Source: Octopus vulgaris
Taxonomy: Eukaryota
DNA: 64,000 bases
Assembly: GCA_951406725.2 (NCBI GenBank)
Contig: OX597823.1
Span: 112,840,001-112,904,000 of the forward strand
Direction of reading: 5' to 3'
Shown: in pieces, positions 13,721 to 26,620 of the stretch
Position numbering within the stretch: the first letter of the stretch is position 1
Layout: each line of letters opens with the position of its first letter
The notes under the pieces: model-generated
The model's input: the letters and a program-made list of their open reading frames with translations, nothing else
Told to the model about the DNA's origin: nothing
The model's database searches: none
Made by a program: the position numbers and the translations under genes

Positions 13721-15407
13721 ACTTCTGATGTTTCTTAAATATTTTAAATTCTCAATGTTTCAAATCTGTGCTTTAGTACAGTCTTGAAAATTATAAACAC
13801 TCACGACTGATACTAAAATGGCGTAACTCAATGCCACAAATTATTTTGCGCATGTTCTCGTAATTTGGAATCTGTCAGTTTGCCTTTTTTAAACAACTGG
13901 CATACACTGCATCATGCAAGATGGCAGAAATTTTGATGAGTGGATAAATAAAAACTTCCTTTTCTTGTTTTGTGTTTACATGTTTGCTTGGCTGCTTTGT
14001 TGCAAATATTGAATATTTAATACAAGTTATTAAAAAAAAGCATGACTGCTATAAACACTCTTGCATTGTTTATGCCTAGTTTTAATAACTATGTTCTGTC
14101 ATGAAGTAATTAATCATTATTAATAATTTATTCTGAAATAATCTCAGATAAAATATAATTAAAATGCCGTCAAGCAAATCTCGGAACCATTTTTGATCCT
14201 AACTAAATTATTTCAGCTACATTACATAGCTAAGAAAATGTCATTTTGTATATTTGTGAAGAAGTTTTGCTCTGAAGTCACGTGTTGAAACAAATATTAT
14301 TCTTCGAGATGTCTCTTCTGGGATACAATATATTATTAGTACTTTTGGGAAGTATATGAACGCCACACAATCTTATTTCAAACAACATGCTAATAAATGA
14401 GAGCGTTATGGTTATCTATACAGTCGATAGTAAGTATAAGACGCAAAAAGATAGCCTCTGCATGGTCTTTCACCTTACAAGAAATAGCAGACTCATTTCC
14501 CTTAAGCTTCCCCCTTCACTCCACCACCACCACCACCACCACAATCATGAGTCTTAAACAAAGGTGCTATCTAAACCCACAGTGTATAATGTCGAATTAG
14601 GTATTCGTTGGTTGAAAACAAAAGACAGGTCGAACAGAAGAAAGTATTCTGGACATGGATGAAACGGTTTTGGTCATAGTTAGGTTTAAGCAATAACAAC
14701 AACAATAACAAAGGCGGCATATTTGACATATATGATACTATTACGACTAGCGTTTACTAACCCGTTGTACAACGTTTTGAAGACTTTATGATGGTCGAAA
14801 AATCACTCCTTTGTCAGCAGAATATAATGGTAGGAGAAAACTGAGTTTAGCTATATTGTTGCAAATGTAAGTTTAAAATAGTATTTTTTTTATTACTTTT
14901 CCGTTTCATTTGTTTTACATGTCAGGTACATAAGGTACATTCGCAGTTTAGGTTTTATCATCGTCCCAATACGCTACTATTTCATACTATAAATTTTCCA
15001 GTTTCTTTAATTGCTCTTTTTGCTATGTGGTTCTGTTATCAGATGATATATCAATGCTTCTTCTGCTGCAGGTGATCTGTGTATATTCGATGGAAGATAA
15101 ATGGTGAGATTGAGTACCTAAGGAAATGAAGATAGCTGTCTCAATTTCTTTGGTTAAGAAGCTGTTATTTTTTTTATTTATATATATTCTTGCGAGAAGA
15201 ACAAGTGCCAACTTGAAGGAAGTTGTAGTTGTTAGGTATGATGGCGCTGGAATTAAAAAAAAACAAGGCAAGTAACTAAATGTATGTGAGTAAAAATACA
15301 TGTAACTTTGCAAGTTGGTTGTAACATTAAAAACAAAAAAGAAAAAAAATTTCTTTTATGAGGAAGCTGAAAATAAATATAATGAAATTATAGCACACAC
15401 ACACACA

Positions 15408-15452
<45 letters not shown>

Positions 15453-16019
15453 GCACATACACACACACACATGCAACTCGTTGAAGTTTCTATCGAAGAA
15501 TAAAATAAATTAGCCAACGGGAATAGAATAGATCAAAGAATTTAAAGGGGATGACCAACAACAACAAAAACGTCCGAAAACGTAAAAAAACATAAAGGGT
15601 ATGGAGTACAGTGTTAGGAAGAGAGTAACAATCAAACAGGGAAACTCTAACCTTCCAAAGAAACAATAAATTATCGGAAAGAAGACTGAATGGAACAAGA
15701 CAACCGAAAATTAAAATACAAAACTTCAAAGGACAAGCAATATTGAAGATATTGGAAAACAAAATGAAAATTTACTGAAAGTTGAAGGAATAGGATTAAA
15801 AAATTTCGAAAGAAACCAAGAAACAAATTATAATGCTCAAAAAATTTAAAAGATGTTTTAACTTAAGCCTGAAACGTTTGGCAAAAGACGAAGGACAGAA
15901 AATAAAGAGATAAAGAAACTGAAAACAAAAGTTACCGGAAAATTACAAGACGTTTGGTGCTAGGAAGAGGAAACCTCAGAAAAAAAATCCCTGAAATTAT
16001 TTGAAGAACCAAAAATGGA

Positions 16020-17037
16020 AAATTCCTGAAAATATTAAATGCTGAAAAGAATAATTAAAATATAATGGTAATAACTAAAGATCACAGAAAAAAATTCTGT
16101 GAAATACCATATAAGGCATGCAACAATTAGCTTTAAAAGATAGAAAGTACAGTGAAAGAAAACTTTAAAAAGAATGAATATATTATTTGAGGGACGCTTC
16201 TTGAACATCCACGAAAATACTATTGAAATTGGCACTAAACCTTTATGAAAAATCTACTGAAAGACTTTGATAAAACCACTCAAACTGCTATACACATGAA
16301 CCTTAAAAAACCCTGCAAATTTCATGAAAAATGCATTAAGTATTCTTTTCTACTCAAGGCACAAGGCCCAAAAGTTTTCGGGAGGGGGCCAGATCTACCC
16401 CAGTACGCAACTGGTGCTTAATTTGTCGACTCTGAAGGTGAACCTCTGCGGAATTTGAACGCAGAAAGTAAAGATAGAAGGAATACCTATTTCTTTACTA
16501 CCCACAAGGGGCTAAACATAGAGGGGACAAACAAGGCCAAACAAACGGATTAAGTCGATTACATCGACCCCAGTGCGTAACTGGTACTTAATTTATCGAC
16601 CCCGAAAGGATGAAAGGCAAAGTCGACCTCGGCGGAATTTGAACTCAGAACATAACGGCAGACGAAATACGGCCACGCATTTCGCCCGGCGTGCAAACGC
16701 TTCTGCCAGCTCGCCGCCTTAAATTCCTGAAAAAATTGAATACTAAAAAGAATAATTCAAATCTAATGGTAATAACTAAAGATCACAGAAAAAATTCACT
16801 GAAATACCACATAAAACATGCAACAATTAGCTTTAAAAAGCACAAGGCACAGTGAAAGAAAACTTTTTAAAAAATGAATATATTATCTGAGGGACGCTTC
16901 TTGAAGATCCACGAAAATACCATTGAAATTGGCACTAAATCTTTATGAAAGAACTACTGAAAGACTTTGATAAAACCATTGAAATCGCTATACACATGAA
17001 CCTGAAAAGACCCTGCGATATTTCATGAAAAATGCAT
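16020..17037 (+). repeat. ~317-bp direct duplication (16020-16336 and 16721-17037) flanking a SINE
   Basis: Both copies run AAATTCCTGAAAA...TTCATGAAAAATGCAT, with scattered substitutions. Confidence 0.92.
16337..16720 (-). mobile_element. SINE family A, head plus two bodies
   Basis: Head at 16720 (GGCGGCGAGCTGGCAG on minus); the second body restarts after the first tail. Confidence 0.92.
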
Positions 17038-17219
17038 GAAATATTCATGAAGAAACTAAAGAAGATGGATAAAGTAAACGCAACATAAAATGCAAATCCT
17101 GAAGAAGAGATGTGGCTAAATTTCATAACCGATTAGTTGAGGTTTTTGTGTATTGAATGAGTACAGCATTAAATTGTTGTTCGTCAAAATATATCACACT
17201 TCAACAGTTAGTGGTCGGC

Positions 17220-17697
17220 GAGAAGGCAGAGTCATTAGCATTTCGGAAAAAATGCTTAGCGGTATTTCTTCTGGCAGTATTCAATATTTTCAGGAATTTA
17301 AGGCGGTGAGCTGGCAGAAACGTTAGCACGCCGGGCGAAATGCGTAGCCGTATTTCGTCTGCCGTTACGTTCTGAGTTCAAATTCCGCCGAGGTCGACTT
17401 TGCCTTTCATCCTTTCGGGGTCGATAAATCAAGTACCAGTTACGCACTGGGTCGATATAATCGACTTAATCCGTTTGTCTGTCCTTGTTTGTCCTTTCTG
17501 TGTTTAGCCCCTTGTGGGTAGTAAAGAAATAAGTATTTCGTCTGCCGTTACTTTCTGAGTTCATTTTTCTCCGTTATCAACTTTGAATTTCATCTGTTTG
17601 GAATCGCCAACATAAAGTACCAATCAAGTACTGAAATTGTTGTAATCCACTCCCTCTCCTCTTACAACTGCTAGTCTTATGCCAAAATTAAAACGAA
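17220..17697 (+). mobile_element. Young SINE A (17300-17560) nested in an older SINE A copy
   Basis: Old head 17220-17276, young consensus-like copy from 17300, old degenerate body and tail 17565-17697. Confidence 0.85.
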
Positions 17698-18459
17698 ATA
17701 TTTCAACATTGGTCAGCCATGCTATAGTTATCTAAGTCTCGACGCATAAATGAGATTATTTATGTTCAGTTCTCATTTATAATCGATTTATATTTTACGT
17801 ATTTAATTTACTTTGAAAACTATGGATGAATAGCACAACTTAATTGTACTTATGATCAAGGAATCTCAAGGAAAAGTAGTGTTTATGAAGTACATTGCTA
17901 CTATCATTACCATGATTTTGGCTCGTGACGTCCATCAAACGGAACCCTGTTTCGGTTCTGTGTTTTTTGAAAGACATGAATGTTATACACTGTCTTAAGT
18001 ATTTTAATGTCCTTATAAACGATATGTTCACTTGGTTCGGACATATTTTTAAGGAAGCCAGTAATTATAGATATATTACGTGCTTACCATGGCAAGAGAA
18101 AATGCTGATAGGCCTGTTTATACCATTAATTAGAGCGAGACAACCCACAAACCACAAACCCAACTACTTTCAGCTCCTATTGGAAACTTGTGCATCCAAA
18201 AGAAACATTAGATTCTTCTAAGGAAGGATAGCTTTTTTATTATGATAGATTACGGATGTGGTTTCTACAAATATTATATCTTCTAAGAGTGTTTTGAATT
18301 CTGGTTCATTATTTTCTCTCTTCAGTAGGAACATCAACATCTTCATCTTCATTTGTTGCTTCGTATAGTGTAGGGGGATCCACTTGCATGTTTTCCTTTT
18401 TTTTTTTGTGTGTGTGGCGAGCATTTCTCTACACTTTGATACACCTCTCGAGCTTCCAT

Positions 18460-18627
18460 ATATAGATGTTTCCGATCTAGTTTGGATTTTTTGCCATTAA
18501 ATTTGAATTCTCTGCCATCAAATTCGAAAACTTTGCAATCAAGTTTGAATTCTTTGCAAACAAATTTGATTGCAAAGAATTCAAAATTGATGGCAAAGAA
18601 TCCAAACTAGATCGAAAACATCTATAT
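18460..18627. mobile_element. Foldback/MITE-like palindrome built from 21-bp subrepeats
   Basis: Termini TATAGATGTTTCCGATCTAG / CTAGATCGAAAACATCTATA; four forward and two inverted TTTGAATTCTTTGCCATCAAA-like units. Confidence 0.75.
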
Positions 18628-19472
18628 TTATCATTGTCACAAGACGATCAGGTTGTCCTCCTGAGAGAGAGATTGTCAGTCTCCTGCTTCCTGGAAATGA
18701 CGCCAAAGCGAGCTTCTCATTACAATATCAATTTGAAAATTATTGAAAAATCAAAATGGAAATAAAAGATGTGATATGTGCACTGTGGAGAAATGATTCT
18801 TAAATAAAAAAAAAGTTTACATGAATATTATCGTCAATACTAGGTCAAAGGTTTTCGGGAAGCGTCGATATTGTGAGAAGTATCTAATTGATAACTGTGC
18901 ACTATAACTGTTTTACCTAATTAACTACCACCAAATACGCGCACACGTAACGAAACTAGCACACTCATGCACACACATACATAGTTGAAAGTGTGCATTT
19001 GTTTTCGCTTCATTTCCTTACATTCTTTTCGCCTATCATTCTTATGTCTGACGCTATGTTTCACAATTTTCTTTTTTTTTCTGATAATTTCGCTTTTGCT
19101 TTACTATTTTTCTCGCTCAGCTTTTGATTTTATTTAGTTTACACAATCATTTATAAGGTTCCCTGTCTGTCCCTGTCTCTCTCTACACACACACTCTCTC
19201 TCTCTCTCCACTCACAAACACACAAATATATACACAGTCACACACATATATTTATAGAGGCAATTATGCGAATAAACAAATTAGATATCTCAAATATAAC
19301 AGTTTGGCGTGAAATTCAAAAAATATATATATGTGTAGATGCGAAACGAGAGAAAGGAAAAAGTGGAAACTTTCAGAAGATGTATATTTAAATATGAATA
19401 TATAGATATTTATATTAATAGATCCAACATAGGCAGAGCACAAATGACAGAGAAAATTAAAAGGAGGAAAAA

Positions 19473-19597
19473 AGTCCAACAGCTGTTTTTGGAGCCTCGG
19501 AGATCCACCATAACGTTGGTAGATATATTTCATCACAATATGCGGTTGTAATAGAAGCAATGAACATTGGATAAATCAAGCCTCTGTCATCAGGACA
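19473..19597 (-). ncRNA. Decayed hammerhead motif with very long stem II
   Basis: Minus: GTC-CTGATGA-C..~95-nt imperfect hairpin..A-AAAA (expected GAAA)-CAGCTG-TT-GGAC. Confidence 0.5.
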
Positions 19598-19859
19598 GAA
19601 AAGATCTTACATTTCAGATCATAACATAGAGAAGTTCAAAGGGAGATTTGAACACAAGGATCAGTTAACTGTGATTTTATTCAAAATATTCCTCTCTCAG
19701 ATTCACACACTTTTTGCAGCGGTCCTTCAGTTTTTCTAAGCCCTGTAAAAGAGCTCGAAAGGTTGGACATCCGGTCAGATCTTCCGCTACACCCTTAAAA
19801 CCAGGAAATTTTCAGCATCCCCTCGTATATATGGTCGACTCCAGCCCGTATCCGAGCAT

Positions 19860-20560
19860 TGGGTTCGTCAGTTTCCATCCAGTCTCCTCGGCTGGTGTTT
19901 GTGCTGAAAGGGACTTTGGAGTCCAAGTCGGTGGTGAAAGAGTCGTGGGCAGAAGTCACACGGGATGGTCAGTGCAGGTCGAGGATGTTGAAGACGGTCC
20001 TTTTTTTTCTCCTGCATTTTGTCTCCTCATTCTGCTGTCTGTTCTGCTCGAAGGAGATAGCTCCATTGCGGATAGCAGTCCTTCAGGCTGGCCTATCCAT
20101 GGCAATCTGTTTCCATGAGGATTGCTGGATGTTAGCTTGAGCCAAGGTCCGTTTGACCTGGTCGTTAAAACAGAATTTCGGACCTCCTCTGGGTCTTGTT
20201 CCAATTGCAAGTTCTCCGTAGAGCATGATCCTTGGGAGATGAGAGGTTTCTATGCGCTGGACGTGATCCAACCAGCGGAAACACTTGGTAGTGAGGCGCG
20301 GTGAAGAGCCTCGTTGTTGGTAACGTGATCTTCCCATTATATACTGAGGATCTGTCGTAGCTTCGATTGCTGGAAGCATTCAAGGCGCTTCAAGTCACGG
20401 CAGTACAACGTCCAAGTAACACAAGCGTAGAGCTGACAGGACATACTGCATCTCACGGACTAAGACAGCGGAGATCGGCGTCATTGCACGGAGGCGTGCG
20501 AGATTGAAGAGTCCGCTATCTAAGCGATAGCGCAGGTTGATAGAAGGCGAGTCTAGTTTG
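19860..20560 (-). mobile_element. RTE-clade LINE fragment (frameshifted, internally deleted)
   Basis: Peptides [53 protein letters not shown] and C-terminal CDFCPRLFHHRLGL. Confidence 0.9.
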
Positions 20561-20626
20561 TACAGAAACAATTGTAACATCATTAAAGATCTGTTAAAGA
20601 CTTTCTTTATCCTTTTATTTGGTTCC

Positions 20627-20746
<120 letters not shown>

Positions 20747-20800
20747 GTATATATGTATGTATGTATATGTATATATTTATATATACACACATATACATAC

Positions 20801-20856
<56 letters not shown>

Positions 20857-21676
20857 GCATATGTGTGCGTGTGCGTGTGAGTATAATGTCGTATATCCGT
20901 ATACGCATTCATTCGTACTTACATAGACTTAAATCTTTAAATTTAATGACATATATATATATATATATGAAATAGATAAATCCCCCATCACCACAAATCA
21001 CAAAAATAACCCAAAACACTCGAAAATCTGAAGTAATAAAATCCAACGTTTTTGAAGATTAAAATTGACACGAAATAACGACGGGAAAAGATGTCAGCAA
21101 AGAAGTAATTTCTCGAAACTCTTGAATCTTTAAAGGTAGAAGGTAAAGTAAATAGACAACAAATTTTAAGACGACTCAGCAAACAATCGAGTGGAATGGT
21201 GTCCATAGTGAAAAATAGAAAAAAGAAAAAGAAAACAACAAAAGCGAGTAAAAAGACAAATTTACTGATTTACTGAGAGGAAATATGAAAAATGTAGACA
21301 AAAATGATGAAGCAGTTGATTAGAATAAGAAAGCAAGCTTGTGTATATGTAGCTATATACATATTATTTATATATTGGCCTAAGATGCTCGATTTGCTTC
21401 TAGTACTGCTATTGTTGTCTTCCTTTTTGTTGTTGTTTGCCTTTTCAATAATTCTTCAAACCTAATCTGATTTTGAAATAGAGTGTAGGCAATATTGTCA
21501 ATGCGAATTTTCGATAAACGCAGCCAGCCACTTTGGATCTGTTAAGACATGGTGAGATAAGGGATTGATTACCACATACACGCTGGAAAACGGTGCATGT
21601 TCATGTACAGAGAAGCACAGCCACAGACGTGTATATATGTTTACAAATACATACTTACACTTCTTTCTCTATAAGC

Positions 21677-21744
<68 letters not shown>

Positions 21745-21788
21745 GAGAGAGAGATAGATAGATATACACATATATATATGTATGCATG

Positions 21789-21825
<37 letters not shown>

Positions 21826-21827
21826 GT

Positions 21828-21862
<35 letters not shown>

Positions 21863-21994
21863 GAGACAGAATATTACAGATAGAGACAATAAATGCAATA
21901 ACAAGAGATATATGTAAAATTATGTGCATACACTCATACATACACAGGTACACATACATATAGATATACAAACACACAAACACGTTTTCATGAC

Positions 21995-22035
<41 letters not shown>

Positions 22036-22396
22036 TCGCACATATACACGTATCTACAAACAGTACTCTTTCGACGGGGTACAGATGAAAGAACAATACT
22101 CAAAGAAAGGAAGGATTTAAAGTGTTTTAGAATAAGAAACAAGAATGAGAAATAAAGAGCATGTGTCTTCAACGTCGTTTTCCGAGATAATTCACTTGTC
22201 TTGGAAACATTTACGGACGAAAGGTGAGGCTTGCTTTTATTTCAGTTTTTAATTAAAAATTAATTAATTTTAGCCTCGAGGTGAAAAATGAAAATAAAAC
22301 GAATGAGCTCCAGTGTGATATTAATTGGTGATAAATAAAAGAAACATCAAACGTTTGCAATCTACAAAAATATTAAAAAAAATAAGAATTAAATCG

Positions 22397-22970
22397 GCAA
22401 GAAGTTTGCTCCCCAACCACATGGTTCGGGGTTCAAACCCAGTGCGGAGCACTTCGGGCAAGTGTCTTCTACTATAGCCTTGGGCCAATCAAAGCCTTGT
22501 GAGATTATTTCGACTGAAAGAAGTCCATCGTATATATATATTCACATGCGTGTGTTTGTGTCTGTGTGTCTCCAGCCCCCACCAGCGCTTGACAACCAGT
22601 GTTAGTTTGTTATCGTCCCTGTAAGCTCTCGATTCGGCAAAAGACACCAGGTTTAAAATCACAATAAAATATAGTGGGGTATATTCTCATTTGACAATTA
22701 TATATATATATCTTACTTATAATAAAGTGTGAAATTAATTAATTAATTAGTAATTAATAATTCCACCAAGTAGTGTTCAGCATGTTAAAAGGATCATTTA
22801 CGGTAAACTTAATTTTTTTGCTGAACCCTAATTATAATTATACTCATAATTATAAAAAGTAATGTTTATATATTATATGTATATATATTTATATATATAT
22901 AAAAGAATCTTCAAAACGGTGCCCCAGCATGGCCGCAATCTAATGACTGAGACAAGTAAAAGATAAAAGA
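22397..22970 (+). mobile_element. SINE family B interrupted by a ~170-bp TA-flanked repeat (22710-22870)
   Basis: Family B head/body and tail are separated by a segment homologous to 43052-43157. Confidence 0.8.
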
Positions 22971-23388
22971 TACAAGATTTTTAAAAAATATAACCACCCC
23001 CAAAATGGCGTGGCTAGGGAATCATACAGTAACACTCCTATATTATTTAGACATCAAACTTAAAATAGATATTATTAGTAGAGGTATGTAACATCAATAA
23101 AATGTTACGAGCAAATTCATGCTATGTCTAAAAGAGATAAATAAATGGAATTTCGGTTGTGTATTTAAAGTGACTGAGTGTGGGGGGAAAATATATTTCA
23201 AATATCGTGATAGAATAGTGTTAAATTAACTTTCTTTAATCTCCGCGTGTTTTAGCCCGCCCCTCACAAGGAGATGCAGAAAGTGAGATGCATATAAATA
23301 CTCAAAACTCAACTGTGTATAATTCGTATGTGTGTGTGTAGCTGCGTGTGTGTGAGCATATTGGTGTGTATTAGGGCCAAATGATGTA

Positions 23389-23535
<147 letters not shown>

Positions 23536-23631
23536 TCACACGCACATACATTGCATGCATATATATATAAATAAGTATACACACACATACATATGTATAT
23601 TTGTATACATACGTGAGTGCGTGTACATATA

Positions 23632-23672
<41 letters not shown>

Positions 23673-23897
23673 CTTTTTCTGCATACTACACACACACCTA
23701 CACATATATTGTAAAATAGATACATACAAATGTATATTTGGCTGTATATGCATATATGTGTGTGTTTAAATATATGTATATATGTGTAAATATATGTATA
23801 TAGATATGTAAATGTATGGACATATGTGTATATAGATCTATATGTATATATAAAAGTCACAAATAGTTTTCTTTACGATGAATCTATATATAAATAA

Positions 23898-23942
<45 letters not shown>

Positions 23943-24532
23943 CAAACACACATATGCATGTGTGTGTGACTATTTGCGTGTGTATGCGTATACTTAGGTA
24001 TACACAGCATGTGTGTAATGAGAGAACGAAATTTGGACTGCCTGCTCATTGGTATTTTCACTTGAATATGTCCGCTAATATCATTGCGAAAAATATTGGT
24101 GGCACTAGTGATGATTATGGCAGTGGTGATGGTGAAGGTGATGGTGACGGGGAGGGCGGGGGTTAGCGGCGATAAGGGAGATGGCGGTAGTTGTTCTGAC
24201 ATCAAATATAATATTTCATTGTCAATAGTTGTCATGATGGAGTTTATGTATGTGTGTGTGTGTGTGTGTGTGTGACATCATATATGATATCTCCAACTTA
24301 CTGCAATCAATAGAGCTAATCATATATGAAGTGAATATCTCATTACTATAAGGTCAATCAGTTGTCTCTATTTATCTAACTAGCATTTGATATCCCATTC
24401 ATACACACAAACACATATGCGCATATTTACACATGCAGGTACATGAATGTCCTCTCTCTACACATTTACATATACCTATATATATTTGTGTGTATGTATG
24501 TATGTGTATATGTTTATATCTGTGTGTGTATG

Positions 24533-24860
24533 GGCAGTATGGCCAAATGGTTAAGAACTTGGACGAAGAGGCCCAAGGTTCGATCCCACCAGGTGGCCTA
24601 TTAGGCTATTGACATTTTCTAAAACCTCGTGTTTACACATCCTTTTCAAGGAAATTGCGTAGAGGGGACGTGTAGAATCCCGCTGGATAAACTGAAGCTG
24701 AAATTTGAAAGGTACAGATTTGTTGCACTCTGAGTCGCTCTGATTCTGCCTGTTACCTAAGTTAAGCGCATACCCTATCTTCGGAATACCCAGCCATTTC
24801 CACGCTAATTCCGAGACAGCAAATACAGTTGACTGAGCGACTGAATTCTCATCATGTTTA
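24533..24860 (+). mobile_element. Old tRNA-derived SINE
   Basis: A-box TGGCCAAATGG, B-box GGTTCGATCCC; degenerate family C-like tail. Confidence 0.6.
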
Positions 24861-25009
24861 AAAATACAAATGAACTCAGCAGTGATTTATATTCAAGTAA
24901 TAAATGCTTAAATTAGATACATATGTGCTTCATAGTACATACTTCAAATTGTCGAGAAACCCTATTTTGTGCACACACTCACACACACATCTATCAATCT
25001 ATATATATA

Positions 25010-25074
<65 letters not shown>

Positions 25075-25112
25075 TAATTTATTTATTTATTTATATTATA
25101 TAGAGGGTTTTT

Positions 25113-25372
25113 ACTATACATAAATGCCACACGCTAGGAGTGACTCTTAAAGTCAAAACTACCGAAATAAATAAAACACATCGTACCGAATTATGCTTGC
25201 ACTGAGGATTAAAAAGTGCATTACTGCACTAATTATGAGATCACGGTGATGGCAGCTAAATTCTGTTTTTAAATGGCTTGCTTCGAGAGTTACATTCGGT
25301 ACGATGTCTATTTATTTTGGTAGTTTTGACTTAAAGAGTCCCTCCTAGCGTGCGGCATTTATGTATAGTAAT
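25113..25372. repeat. ~80-bp inverted repeat with a ~100-bp spacer holding a decayed hammerhead
   Basis: Arms 25113-25192 and 25295-25372; spacer CTGAGGA..AGTGCA/TGCACT..GAGA-TCACGGTGA-T. Confidence 0.85.
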
Positions 25373-25401
25373 GCCCCCTCTCTCTCTCTCTCTATATATA
25401 T

Positions 25402-25437
<36 letters not shown>

Positions 25438-25952
25438 GAATATATATACACTTGTGTGTGTGAGTGCGCGGATGCGCGTGTGCGCACACGCAGCACTAGA
25501 TGTAATCGCTGGGAATATTCTGAGATTAAATTTTACCTGTATTATATGAGCCATTTTCTTGTTTTCGAAAATTTGAATACTGATGATAGCATTGAAGCGG
25601 CAGCATATTAGAGAAAATGTCTTTCGTACATTCAGTTAAGTTTTATTTTTTAAACTTGGAATTCAACCGTATTCAATTTAGTCTTTCCTAATTGTAATAG
25701 TGGTAGAATAGCTTACCAGTGTAGAAGTACCAGGTAACTATAATGCTAAGTGAAGAATACTATAGAATTAAAGTTGAAGTGTTCGTAAACTGAATGTACA
25801 TTATTATTTATCTCTTACATTTGTCTGCATCTGTTTATACCTCGTTCAGAGATTTATTATTGCTTCTATACACTTTTTCAAGATCAGTGACGAAAAGTTA
25901 CTGGAAAAAGGATATAAATATTTGCATTGGGAACTCCTTTCATCGAAAACCG

Positions 25953-26011
25953 GTGATTGTCGTACGCTGATGACGGGTCAACACCCAGAAACTGCAGTCC
26001 GTGCGTATCAC
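25953..26011 (+). ncRNA. Type I minimal hammerhead ribozyme, fully canonical
   Basis: CGTACG-CTGATGA-C-GGGT caac ACCC-A-GAAA-CTGCAG-TC-CGTGCG; stem I extends with GTGAT/ATCAC; cleavage after GUC (25999). Confidence 0.88.
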
Positions 26012-26459
26012 TTAGGTTGACGAGGGAAGGATGACTTCCCTTTGCAAATACCATAAGAGCACAGAAAGTATGCCTATAGCCAGCTGGAGATGTTCTCTTG
26101 GGGCTACAAGCTACAGTAACACCCACCCTTAGTGGTTAGCCATATTGAGATGGCAAATATACCTCACGAAGTCTATATTGTCCTTCAGGAAAGCATTCTC
26201 TCAATGATCTCTAATCCATCGAATCTATTTCAATAAAGGCTATATTTGGTTGTAAGCGTTCAGGAAACTGATATATTGATCCCACGGACCTTTGTCTAGT
26301 CATTAGGTACAGTAGGTGTGGTTAACCACATAATTGGTACTTGGCTAATGGATTCGTTATCCATTTGTAGATGAACGTGGGGGGAACATTAACATCAGTG
26401 GTATCTGTATTTACCGTTTCACACAATGAATGCTGCAAATTCCCAAGTGTTTACAAAAT

Positions 26460-26620
26460 GTATCAGATAATTGTAGTGACCCAAGAAGATCATACCAGAC
26501 TTCAAAAATGTGCAAGTCGGTGTTTTCCTTTCACAAAACATATTCCGGTAGTGAATTTGTTCTATGCATATTGATATTAGAAGTTTGAATTCTTAACTGC
26601 ACGAGAAAGAATATTCACTG
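26460..26620 (+). mobile_element. Possible decayed Penelope-like endonuclease-region fragment
   Basis: Frameshifted peptides CSDPR, GSEFVL and LNCTRKNI resemble the Cys-rich segment preceding PLE GIY-YIG motifs; lies near a hammerhead. Confidence 0.35.

Noticed and set aside
18481-18606. Short regular repeats as a possible CRISPR array
   Set aside because: No spacers, partly inverted, eukaryotic context and no cas genes.
19675-19714. Minus-strand KKCVNLREEYFE* like a mariner C-terminus
   Set aside because: Only 12 codons and no TIR seen; plausible but unsupported.
25576-25610. CTGATGA with AATA/TATT flanks
   Set aside because: No stem II and GAAG instead of GAAA.
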